DNA of 64,000 nucleotides from Cyanophora paradoxa CCMP329 (Eukaryota > Plantae > Glaucophyta), in NCBI GenBank assembly GCA_004431415.1, contig QPMI01000457.1:372001-436000 (forward strand), in the 5' to 3' direction. The notes beneath the pieces were generated by a model that was given only the letters and a program-made list of their open reading frames with translations, was not told the DNA's origin and searched no databases. Positions 49,801-60,500 of the stretch are shown here, in pieces (the first letter of the stretch is position 1; each line of letters begins with the position of its first letter). The position numbers and the translations under genes were made by a program.

Positions 49801-52800
49801 CCATCTTCGCGGAGGAGGTGCGGCACCCCGGCAGGCCCGGCCTTCCCTTCTCCGCCCTTCTCCGACGCGCCGGGCCGGGCCCGCAGGTGCTCTCGGTGGA
49901 CTTTATCGAGCAGGACTTCATCCGCACCGTCCAGTGCGCCCCGCCCCGCCCCGGCCCGCCCCGAAGCCGGCCTCGAGCCGCTCTCGCAGGTCGCGGAGGC
50001 GGGGGAGCACGATGCGGCGGCTCGTGACGCGGGCCCTCCTCGCCCTCGCCCTCGGCCTCGCCTTCCCCGCCGCCATCATGATCGCCGTGCGCGGGCCCTC
50101 GCCCTCGCCTCCTCCTCCTCCTGAGGCGCGCGCGCGCGCGCGGGCAGGTGCGGGTGCTCTTCGACGAGAACAGCCGCGCGATGGGGCCCGCCTCCGCCCT
50201 CGCCCGCCTCCAGGCCACCTTTCCCGGCCCGCCCCCGCCCCGCCCCGCCCCGCCCGCGCCCCGCCCGCGCCCCACCCTCGCCCCTCTGACGCCGCGGGGC
50301 AGAGATGGCGTACTGGAGCCAGGAGCGGGTGGGCCTGGTGGCGGCCCCCGCGCTCGCCCTCGACTCCTCCCGCGACGTCTCCGGCGCCCTCGCCCAGGTC
50401 CGGGCGGGCCGGGCCCAGTGGGAAGACGTCCCTCCGGCTGCGGCTCACGCTCGCTCGCCCCGCAGGACGCGCTCGCCCGCTTCGAGGGCGCGATCGAGAA
50501 GATGGTAGCGAGCCCCCACGCCCCGCCCGCCGAACCATGCCGCATTCCTCGCTTCACGCGGCACCCCGCCCCGCCCTTTCCTCTGACGTGCAGCAACAGG
50601 GCACCGCGCTCGACGGCTTCGTCAACGACGGCTGCGCCTCCTGGGACGGCCTCCTCGCCGGCGGCCTCGCCGCCGCCGCCCCCTCCTCCAGCGGATCCGA
50701 CGGCACCGCAGGCGCCGCCTCCTGCGCCGCCATCCGGCAGGAGGTCGGCGCCCCCCGCCCCGTCCCGCCCCGCCCCGCCCCGCGCCACGCAACGGGGCGG
50801 GGGCGGCAGATGATCGAGGTGGCGTCGGACGTGCGGCGGCTGGCGGCGGCGCGGGACGAGGCCCTCTCCTGGTCCTACGCGCCCCTCCGGCACCTCCTCG
50901 CCTCGGCCTCCCGCCTCTCCCCGGCCTCCGCCCGCCTCGCCGCCCTCTTTCGCTCCCTCGTCGACTCCGCCAACGCCGTGCCTGCTTGCCCCTCTTGGAA
51001 CCCTTCCCCCCCCGCCCTCCCCGACCCCACTCCCCGCAGGCGGTGGGGGCGGTGGTGCGGGCGATGGACGCCGTCTTCGCGTGCGGCATCGCGGCGATGC
51101 TCCTCGCCTGGTTCCTCGTCCTCCGCCCCGCCATCCGCGGCATCGCCGTCGAGCACGAGACCACCGTCCGCCCCGCCCCGCCCCGCCCCGCCCCGCTCGG
51201 CTTGCTCCCGCCCTCCTCTGACACCGCGCAGCTCTCGATGCTGCTGATGATCCCGCCCTCGGTGATCGAGAAGATCCCGGCGGTGCGGGACTACATCTCG
51301 ACGGGCGAGAGCCGCAGCGTGCAGTCCATGCTCGACGACAACCGCGCCAAGACCAAGTCCATCCTCGTGCGCTCCCGATCATCTACGACGATCTTTAACC
51401 GCCGCCTCACGCGCCTCGCGCCGCAGGAGGCGGCGAGCGACGCGATCATCGTCTGCGACATCCAGGGCTCCATCCAGGCCCGCCCGCCCCCCGGCCGACA
51501 CCGCGCCGGCGCCGCCTGACACGCGCGCGGGGGCAGGTGTACAACCGGGCGGCGGAGCGGCTCTTCGGGTGGAGCGCGGACGAGGCGCTCGCGATGCCCC
51601 TCGCCGACATCGTCCCGGGCCTCCTCCCCGCCCGCTCCACCCCCGCCGCCCCGGGCGCCGGGGCGGGCGCCGGGGCGGGCGGCGAGGGCGACGCGCCCGA
51701 CGCTTCGGCGAGCCTCGAGTCCCAGCGCGACGTCGACGCCCGCCGCAAGGCCCGCCCCGCCCCCGCATTGGCTCCAGCCTCCGGGATCCGCCCTGGCTCT
51801 CGCCCTCCTTCGCGCAGGACGGCACCACCTTCCCCGCCCGTGAGCGCCGCCCCGCCGCCGCGCCGTCCTACCGCCCCCTCCCGGCGCCGACGCAGCGCGT
51901 GCGCGGCAGACGTGTCGATCGGGCGGGGCCGCTCGGACCGCAGGCCCTACTTCGTCCTCTTCATCCGTGCGCGCGCCCCGCCCCTCGACGCCGCCGGCGC
52001 CTGCGGAGACGGGCGGGGGCGGGCGTGCAGGGGACATGACGCTGCAGAACGCGGCGGAGGCGGCGCTCCAGGCCGAGAAGACCCGCTCCGAGCGCCTCCT
52101 GTGCGCCCCCGCCCCGCCCCGCCCCGCCCCGCCCTCGCCCGGCCGCGCCGCGCCGCCCTGACGCCGGCGCGCTTCGCGCAGGCGCAACATCCTCCCGGAC
52201 CGTGCGCGCCGGGCTGCGCCGGGCGCGGGGCCGAACCAGGCCTGACCGTGCGGGGCGGGGCGCAGCGATCATCGAGCGGCTGAAGGCGGGGAGCGAGGAG
52301 GTCATCGCCGACGCCGTCGACGAGGCCCGCCCCGCCCCGTCTCCGCCTCGCCCCGCCCCGCCTGACGCGGCCTGACGCGCGCGGGCGCAGGCGACGATCC
52401 TCTTCAGCGACCTCGTCGGCTTCACATCCATGAGCTCCGAGGTGGGCGGCGGCCGCGGGGCCCGGGCCTCCGGCCCGTTCTTTCCTTCGTCCGTTGACGC
52501 CGGTCAGATCACGGCGGAGGAGACGGTGTCGCTGCTCTCGGACCTCTTCAACCGCTTCGACGAGCTGCTGGACAGCTACGGCGTCGACAAGGTCAAGACC
52601 ATCGGCGACGCCTAGTGCGCCCCGCGCCCCCGCCCGCCCCGCGGTGTCCCGCCCCCGCCTGACGCCTGGGCGCGCAGCATGGCGTACACGACGATGCACC
52701 CGGAGGTCATGATCGACTTCGCCTTTGACATGCAGGAGGCCCGCCCGCCCGCCCCGCCCCAGCTCGCCCGGCAGTCTGGAGGCTGACGCGGCGCCGGCGC

Positions 52801-53507
52801 CGGCGCCCCGCGCGCAGGCGGTGCGCTCGATGAACCGGGAGCGCGGCACGGGCCTCTCCGTCCGCATCGGCGTCCACACCGGTGCGCTCCGCCCTGCCCC
52901 GCCCGCCGCCCCCGGCCCCGCCCTGAAACAAGCGCCCCGCAGGCCCCATCGTCGCGTGCGTCGACGGGCTCGGCCCCGAGCCCGCGCCCCGCCCCGCCGC
53001 GCGGCGAGCTGACCCCGGCCGCGTCGCTCGCTCGCTTGCTCACGCAGGGGCGTCATCGGCACCAAGCGCCTCGCGTACGACATGTGCGGCGCCCCGGCCC
53101 CGGCCCCCGCCCCCGCCCCGGCCCTCGCCTGAGGGCGGCGTGCAGATGGGGGGACACGGTGAACATCGCGTCGCGCATGGAGAGCAACGGCGTCGCGGGG
53201 CGCGTCAACATCTCCTCGGGCACCTTCGAGCGCGTCCGCCACAAGTTCACCATGAGGTCTCCCCCCCCCCCCCCCCCCCCCCCCCCGCCCCGCCCCACTC
53301 CGCCCCGCGGTCCGACGTTGACGGCGCCGCGCGCGCAGCGAGTCGCGGGAGGTGGAGGTGAAGGGCAAGGGCCTGATGACGACGTACCTGGTGGAGGCGC
53401 GCAAGGCCGGCGGCTCGCAGGGCCTCGCCAGCGCCTCCTTCCGCCTCGCCCACCGCCACCCCGCCAGCCTCGTCCGCCCCGCCGGCCCCGGGCCCGAGGA
53501 GGCCTGA
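43854..53507 (+). CDS. Multi-pass membrane TmcB-like PAS-domain class III adenylate cyclase
   Basis: Spliced cyclase SERLLRNILP...ATILFSDLVGFT...DKVKTIGDAYMA...[37 protein letters not shown]...VKGKGLMTTYLV. PAS EAASDAIIVCDIQGSIQVYNRAAERLFGW...RRKDGTTFP. TmcB-like helical segment IYERLERRFPNSARVARARAGYL and many TM helices. Confidence 0.92.
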
Positions 53508-53951
53508 GCCGCCCTCCGGACCCCCGCCGGCTTCGAATCCGAGTGGCGGCATTCTAGCTTCCATCCATATCGATGTCGCGACTGCGACTCTCTTCGAAAT
53601 TCTCTAGACCTTGCTCCCATTTTGAATCGGGATTTGCAATTTGACGAGCAACCGCGATATCATGATCATGATATGATCATGAGTCTATTTATATTATATT
53701 CAGCCTGGCAGGCTAACTTGTTAATGTATTGTTTTGCGCGCTTTCGCTTGTAGCTACATTGTACAATGCCCCTTCGATTCGAGCCGATGTCTCAAAAAGA
53801 GGGCAGGTGATTGCAGCAGTGTGTAGCTCCCGTGTAATTACATAATTACACGCATATAAGTGATTTTGATTAGGTAGTATTGTTGTCGATTACCCGGTGA
53901 CGGTATATGTAATAGTCGCGTGTCCCTAGCTGGGGTTCGCGTTCGACTCGG

Positions 53952-54045
53952 CGAAACCGCGAAACTGCGCAAATCTTCGCAAAACCGCGAAACCGTGCAA
54001 ATCTTCGCGAAACTGCGGCGCCGGAGCAAAACTTCGCGAAAACTC
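53952..54045. repeat. CGCGAAA-based tandem repeat, possible DNA transposon subterminal relic
   Basis: 27-bp AAACCGCGAAAC(TGC/CGT)GCAAATCTTCGC at 53954 and 53982, plus further CTTCGCGAAA copies. Confidence 0.6.
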
Positions 54046-54509
54046 GGCTTTGGAGATCTGCTTTGCAAACAAGTGATCTAGCTAGTCGCAATTAAATTAA
54101 CTGCAGCTGACACCGCAAAATTGACAACTAGCTAATTCTCCTCTAGCGCTAGCTTTTCTTCGATCTTATATATAATTAATGATTCGTCGCGACTGATATC
54201 GATCGAATTAATTAGGAGGCCGGATCCGGCCGGCCGCGGCCGCGGACCGGTTCTCGAGTATGCGTGCGGCTGGCCCTGGCGCGTTGTGAATACTTGAGTG
54301 CACATATATGCATCTCATATAGCTATCTAGATATCTCAATCTCTCAGCTGCAGAGGGGCCCGCCCGGCATGCATGCGCGCGTTACGTATACGTCGTTAGC
54401 TAGATATCGATCTAGAGGGATATCGATCTCGAGGGAAATTGCCGCAAAATTAGGGTATCCGCGTACGGAGAGCCTGGAGCCGGATTCCACGCTTCGCCCG
54501 CGATTATTC

Positions 54510-57500
54510 ATGGCCATGGATTCCGAGCATGCTCCACTCACGGACCTGCCGCGTACGCGCGTATACGCGCGTTCTAGATCTGCCGCTCGCCGCATTCACC
54601 GCATTCACCGCATAAGCTCATTAATATTGATCGATTTCCGGGAGCCGCAGGCGACGTGCTGGCAAAGATCCTGACTCTGGCGGCCGACAAGTCGACGCTC
54701 GATGTCGAAGGCGCACGCGCGACGTGCCGCGCGCTCCGGTCCGCAGGCTCGTTTCTTCGCTGAAGCTTGCCGAGCGGCCGATCTTCGGGGTGCACTGCGA
54801 GATATTCATTGATATTTCTCGCTTTGCGTTGCGGCCCATGGCCACGGCTGATCAACGATTTCGCGCGCTCGCAAGGCAGCCGCTCGACAAGCGGGCGCAG
54901 ATCCTCGCCTATGTGAAGCGCAACGGTTCCTTGATCAAGGATCTCAGCCTCTGCGGCGTGCGTATGCACATGCGTGATTCCACGCTTCAATTCGAATACG
55001 AATTTCTCGAGCTCGAAACTGCAATATTGATCGAGCTCTTGATCTGATTGAAGGCCTTGCTTTCGCAGATCCTCACTCTGGTTGCGCATGCGCCGATTTT
55101 ATAGGATTGATTATAATATTGAGCAGCAAGAGCCTGCAGCTGAAGCCGTGCACAGGGGAAGACGGACGTCGCGGATCTGCTGCGGGCGTGCAGCAAGGGC
55201 TCCCTCGAGCGCCTCAGCCTCGCGCACGTCCGCTCGCGCGGCTCCGCCGACGTCGCGACTTCCCCCACCGACCGCAACTGGTTCGAGGGGTCCGTTCGCA
55301 CTTGCTGTCTCGCACCCGCGCGCGGCCGCCTGTGCTCGCGCGCGCGGTGCCGCTCTTATTCTGCCCGCAGGCAGGGCGCGCTGAACTCATGGCCGCCACA
55401 CGTGAAGGGCCTGCGGGTTGTGAACCTCTCGAACGCGTGCGTCCGCATGAAAGCCCTTCGCTCCCTCCTCCAGGCGAACAAGGACACCCTCGAGGTTCTC
55501 CTCCTCGCGTGCGCGTGCTCGTTGCAATCACGCTTCCTCTTGGCCTCGCCGACGCTCTAGGCAGGGGCACGACGCCGTACGCGCCCGCGGTCCTCGGGAA
55601 GCAGACGGACGCGATGAAGGCCAAGGGTAAGGCCACGCGGGAGGCGAATGCCGCCAAGAAGGCCGCCGAGGCCGGCAGCAGCAAGGGCGCGCGCAAGCCC
55701 AAGGCCAGCGACGAGGAGGACGAGGACGAGCTCGAGAACGTCGACGAAAACGAGGATCCGGATCCGGAGCGGGAGGAGGCCGAGGATCCGGACGAGCCAC
55801 CGAAGAAGAAGGCAAAGGGGAAGGCGCCGGCGAAGGGCAAGGCAAAGGCCGCGGGCAAGGGCAAAGGCGCGGGCGGGGGCGGGGGCGGGCGGGGCCTGAG
55901 CGCGGCCCCGGGCGACGTGCTCGACTCGGTGACCTCGGCCATCCGCGGCCTCAAGTGCGATCCCTGGCCATCCCGTTTTCCGGTCCCGGCCGACACAGGG
56001 CGCAGGCTGCCGCGGCTGCGGGTGCTGGACGTGAGCGGGACGGTGCTGCGGCGGGAGGTCCTCGTCGACTTTCTCGCGCTCAATCCCGGCCTCCGCACCC
56101 TCTACGCCGTCCGCCCTAGCCTGCGCCTCGGCCGCTTGTTGCCGGCTGCAGACTTCACGCGCCGCGCAGCACGGGGACGCGGTGCAGGTAGTGCAGGTGC
56201 CCGTGGAGGTCGACCCCTTCTGGGGCCCCGACGAGGACTGGGAGGAGGGGCAGGAGAAGACCGCCCTCAGCAATCGACCCTGGTCTTTGCTGTAGATCTT
56301 GATCTAGATCCCCCGTCCTCTTAGCTCCCGGCTCACGCCGTCGCGGCAGGAGCAAGGAAGATCTGGAAGCAATGCAGGCTTCGAACCCGTCGCTGCAGAT
56401 CGTCTCCGAGGGCATCGCCGCCGTCGTCCGCGAAGCCTGCGCACGACTGCGAAACATGCCTCTGACGCTGAACCTGCGCAGATCAAGGAGATCCCCGAGG
56501 TGCTCTGGGACCACAACGGGTTGGCGGCGGACGCCTTCGTGCGCGCGCGCCTTCCCCTCGCGCCGATGGCACCGTCGCCGATCGCGATGGCGTGCAGATG
56601 GAGAAGGTGAAGGGGCTGCTCGCGGCGGGCGGGACGGCCCACACGCGGGACTCCTTCGGCATGACGCTGCTGGCGGCGGCCGTGTGGTTTGCCTGCACGA
56701 AGCTCTCCAGGGCGGGCGACGAGGAGCATGAGTTCGCCGCCAGCCTCGTCCAGCGCCTCATCCGCGAGGTCCGACCCGGCCCAAGACCCTGGCCTCCCGC
56801 TGCGCCGCCCCTCGACCCGGCCCGCGAAACCGCAGCACGGCCTCGACGCCCGGGTCCCCGTTCTGCGCCCAGGTCCCTGGATGGCCGCCGCAGACCCCGC
56901 CTTCGAGCCCTTCGTGCGCGCCGCGCCCCCTAATCTTATGTGTTGAGTCTGATCACGACTTCCGCGCCGCAGGCGCCCGTGCACCCTGGCGAGCTCTTCA
57001 TGGAGCACCCACAGCTCGAGCGGCGCCCCTACTACGGCATCGGCTACACCACCCCGGGTCCGTGCGAGTGCTGTGCGAGAGAACCGGCGCACTTGCCATG
57101 CCTGAATCCGGCTCTGCAGGCACCGGCTGCAACGTGCTTCACATCTGCGCGCAGCTGAACGCGTCCAAGGAGCTCCTTGAGGTGCACGTGCGCCCGCCGC
57201 CGCGAAATCGGCGCGAAATCGATCCTGTACATGCTTCAGCCGCTGCTCCGCGAACGGGCCGGCGAGCTAACGTCGGCGCGGGACATCGTGCACGGCGCGG
57301 TGCCCATCGCGGAGGCAGTCATCGGCCGACTCAACCTGCCCGCCTTCCGCGTCCTCCTCGGCAAGCCCCGCCCCGCGAAATTAAACCCCCTCCCTCCGCT
57401 GACCAGACGGCAGACGTGACTCCCACGGAGGCCCTTACAAAGGTCCGCTAGCGCTGTCATTCGCGAGCATCTGATCTCAGCCAAGCGACCCCGCATGCGC

Positions 57501-60500
57501 ACGCAGTACGTGGACCGCATTCAGATCGCCCCCGCCAGTGCCGAGGCGCCGGCGTCGCGCCGTGCGGGCCCAAGACCGCAGCGGGACGGGGACCCGGCCT
57601 ACCTCTCCCGCCGCACCACGGCTCTGCATGAAGCAGCGCGCGGGGCGGGGGACCCCAGGGCCCTCGCCGGTGTCGCATCCGACATTATAGCGGATGCTCA
57701 TTTATATGTGAGCCGCTAGGGCTCTAGATCACGTCAGCCTTCGAGCTGCTGGACCGACGGCGCCTAGGCTAGTTAGAGCGCCGCGGTCACTTGTATTCGT
57801 GTCGGGGTACGCCGTATCTGGACGGGTACACCCAGTGAGTTGGATCTTAGCGACGACAGCAGTGACACTCGCCATTCCCCGCCCTGCCGAGCTTGCACTC
57901 CGCACGGGCTTCCCGCGCGCACGATTAGGCACACTAATCTCGCACGCGACAGGCGCCATTCTGCCGGAATCGAACCTTCAAGGGTCGCTGGACTTCCAGG
58001 CTCTGCCCGCGCCGCGCGCCTCGCCGCGCCGCCCCGCATAAGCTTAGAGAGATCTGGGACGAGCTTTCCGGGCGACCGCCACTTGTGGCGTGCTACGCTG
58101 CACACTTCGGCCGCGTCGCCTCTGGGCGGGCTGATTGTGCTTCGGAAGTGACTCTAGTGTCCCTCGCGGGCTTCGGTGCATCCCCAGACCGAAGCGCACG
58201 CACGAGCTCTCGCGAGAGTCTCAATCATTGTCTGTGTCCCTTCGCCGGTTGCACGCTTCGCGTCGCAAACTGTGCCCCGGAGTCTGCCAGCGGCAGTTCT
58301 CTGAGTGTCCCTGAGTCGGTTCTCGCACGCCACGAGAAGACCGTGTCCCGGATCTGCAGTGCGCTGCAGATCAAATCTTGCGCCCTGGCATTCTGTTCTC
58401 GTGGCTATACGCTGCAAAGAGAGCAATATGTCGAACACTTCTGAACTGATCAGTTCTGAAGTCCGTAGCCGGCTGTCTGCCCTCGCGCACATCGAGCCCG
58501 CCCAGGGCTATGCTGCTGTGCATGTGCAGCAACTCGCTGCTGGCTCCGCTGCGGCGGATGATGATCCCGTGCGGATCGCATTCCTGCCTGCAAATCCGCG
58601 CCTCGCCGATGGCGACCGGTTCCGGAAGGACGTGCGGAACTTCCAGTCGTCCCTGCCGACGAAGTACTTGTTTGGCCCGGATTCTGCCGGTAGCCAGGAG
58701 TACTCAAAGTCAGAGGCGCTAGCCGGAGTGATTGTCGGGCGGATCCGCCCCGGACCTCTCCGCGCTGAGATTGAGCGCAAGCGCGACCTCTATGAGGCCT
58801 CTGTCACTGCCCTCGAGCATGACCGCGCCAGGCTCGCTCGTCTCGAAGCTGTCCCGGCAGACCTGCGGTCCGCCGAGGATGATGCTGCTATCCTCGCGCT
58901 GCAGCAGAGCTGCGTGCGTGATCAGGCCTCAATCGTGGCCGTGCGCGACTCGTACTTGCGTGCCCCCGGGCTGCTTGACACGATCACTGCGTGGATTCAC
59001 GAGACCCGCCCGCACGCGGCCCGCCGGGCTCTCACTGAGCCGTACACGGGCGAGGACCCCCGCTCGTGGCATGACTGGTTCTTGCCCCTCGTACGGCACA
59101 CGCTGCCGCGGGGCCAGCAGTTTGCTGCGTACTACGCGGACTGCCTGCGCACCGCGCTCGAGGCCCGCTCGACGAGCGAGGACCCTGAATATCAGAACCT
59201 TGATGTTCGGATGGCCGGGTTCGCCCAGGCGAACGAGCGCACGCTGCGCGAGTTCCTCACGGCGCTGCGGCAGCGCCTCCTCGCCAATAACGGCGCTATC
59301 TCGCCGCTTGAGCTTGACAATATTTTCGTCGAGCAGTGCAAGCGCCACGGCTGCCGCGCCGTGTTCCCGCCTGCGCTGGCAGCTGCCGATCGCGAGCTGC
59401 CCGAGGCAAAACGGACCCGTATCCTGCAGGCACAGTTTGCCGAGGATGAGTCCTCGTCCGCCGGCACCCCTGCCGCTGCACGAGCCTCGAGCTCCCTTGG
59501 CCCTGCTGAGCCTCGGGATGCAAATTCCACGGCCCAGCCCTCGATTTCTGCACGTGGGTCCTCTTGGGCCGTGCAGTCCCGCTCGCCTGCCGCTGTTGCG
59601 GAGGTGCTGCGGCGCATGTCCGAGCTCGGGTACCCGGAGTACCCCCCCTCAGACTGCTACGGGTGCTCGGATGACCCAGCGTCCCCGTTGAGGCGCGACG
59701 TCATTGGGCAAATGTGTGCCCCAAGCGCACCCCGTTCGCCCCAGTACGCCCCTGGGTCCGCCGCGGCCAGTACTATCGGCAAAAGCGATCCCAAGAGGAT
59801 GCTGCCAACAAGCACGAGTACTGGTCCGACGAGGGAAACCAGGACCCAGACGAAGTCTGCGGTCGCTGCGGCGAGGCAGGGCACCACCACAGTGCCTGCC
59901 CCGACCCCCCCACACGGGCTGCTCGCTCGAGCTCTGCGCTTCCCGCGCCCTCTAGCTCAGCGGCTCCACCCGCGCGCCCTGCGGCGGAGCGTGAGTGAGC
60001 AAGTGCACCAGCTGCACTAGGGTCTGGCTGGCTTGGGCAGCCGCCAGAAAAGCCCTGCTCGTAACCGCGATCCGATTTTTCGCGGAGCCTGGGCCTCCCC
60101 TGCGAGAGCCCCATGTGTCGCTGTAATAAGCGGCCCATATACCTGCCTCTGAGCAGGGTGTATATTTGTACATTTGTACATAATTTCAGACGTCGGGGAC
60201 GACGTCTTCCGAGAGGAGGAGTGAGCACGGGCATGCTGCACGAGCAGTGCAAGCGCTGCCGCTCGCCCTCCCGCCCCGAGGCTTGCTTGAATCTGTGGCC
60301 GCTGGCCAAGATCGAATAGCACTCGCGAAAGAAGAGCCCCAATCGCGTGCTTTCGAGCACCCTGAGCGGCCACGGGTGCCCCTCTTTCCGAGAGGAGGAG
60401 TACCTCTTTCGCTGAAGCCTGCGAAGAGGCGCCACGGCCGGTGCCGCAATTGCGAGCCCTCCTGCTTCCCTCAATTTAGATCCGTGGCCGGTGGCCGAGA

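Noticed and set aside
13700-53500. Long overlapping Arg/Pro/Gly/Ala-rich ORFs on both strands
   Set aside because: These are shadows of ~80% GC, stop-poor DNA reading through introns; the real proteins emerge only after splicing.
57671-57951. Retrozyme-type hammerhead in the LTR, or Tf1-style self-priming via ACGGCGCCT (~57757)
   Set aside because: No CUGANGA...GAAA core on either strand. The self-priming match is only 7 bp of a GC palindrome.
57952-58030. Complete tRNA gene on the minus strand
   Set aside because: Complementarity stops two bases past the T-loop, with no anticodon arm, D arm or 5' acceptor strand.
59680-59705. Programmed ribosomal frameshift in gag
   Set aside because: There is no slippery heptamer and no pol downstream. 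Adding one C to the CCCC run restores a zinc knuckle. The same homopolymer deficit recurs across the window (41139, ~22603, LINE ORF2), consistent with long-read error.
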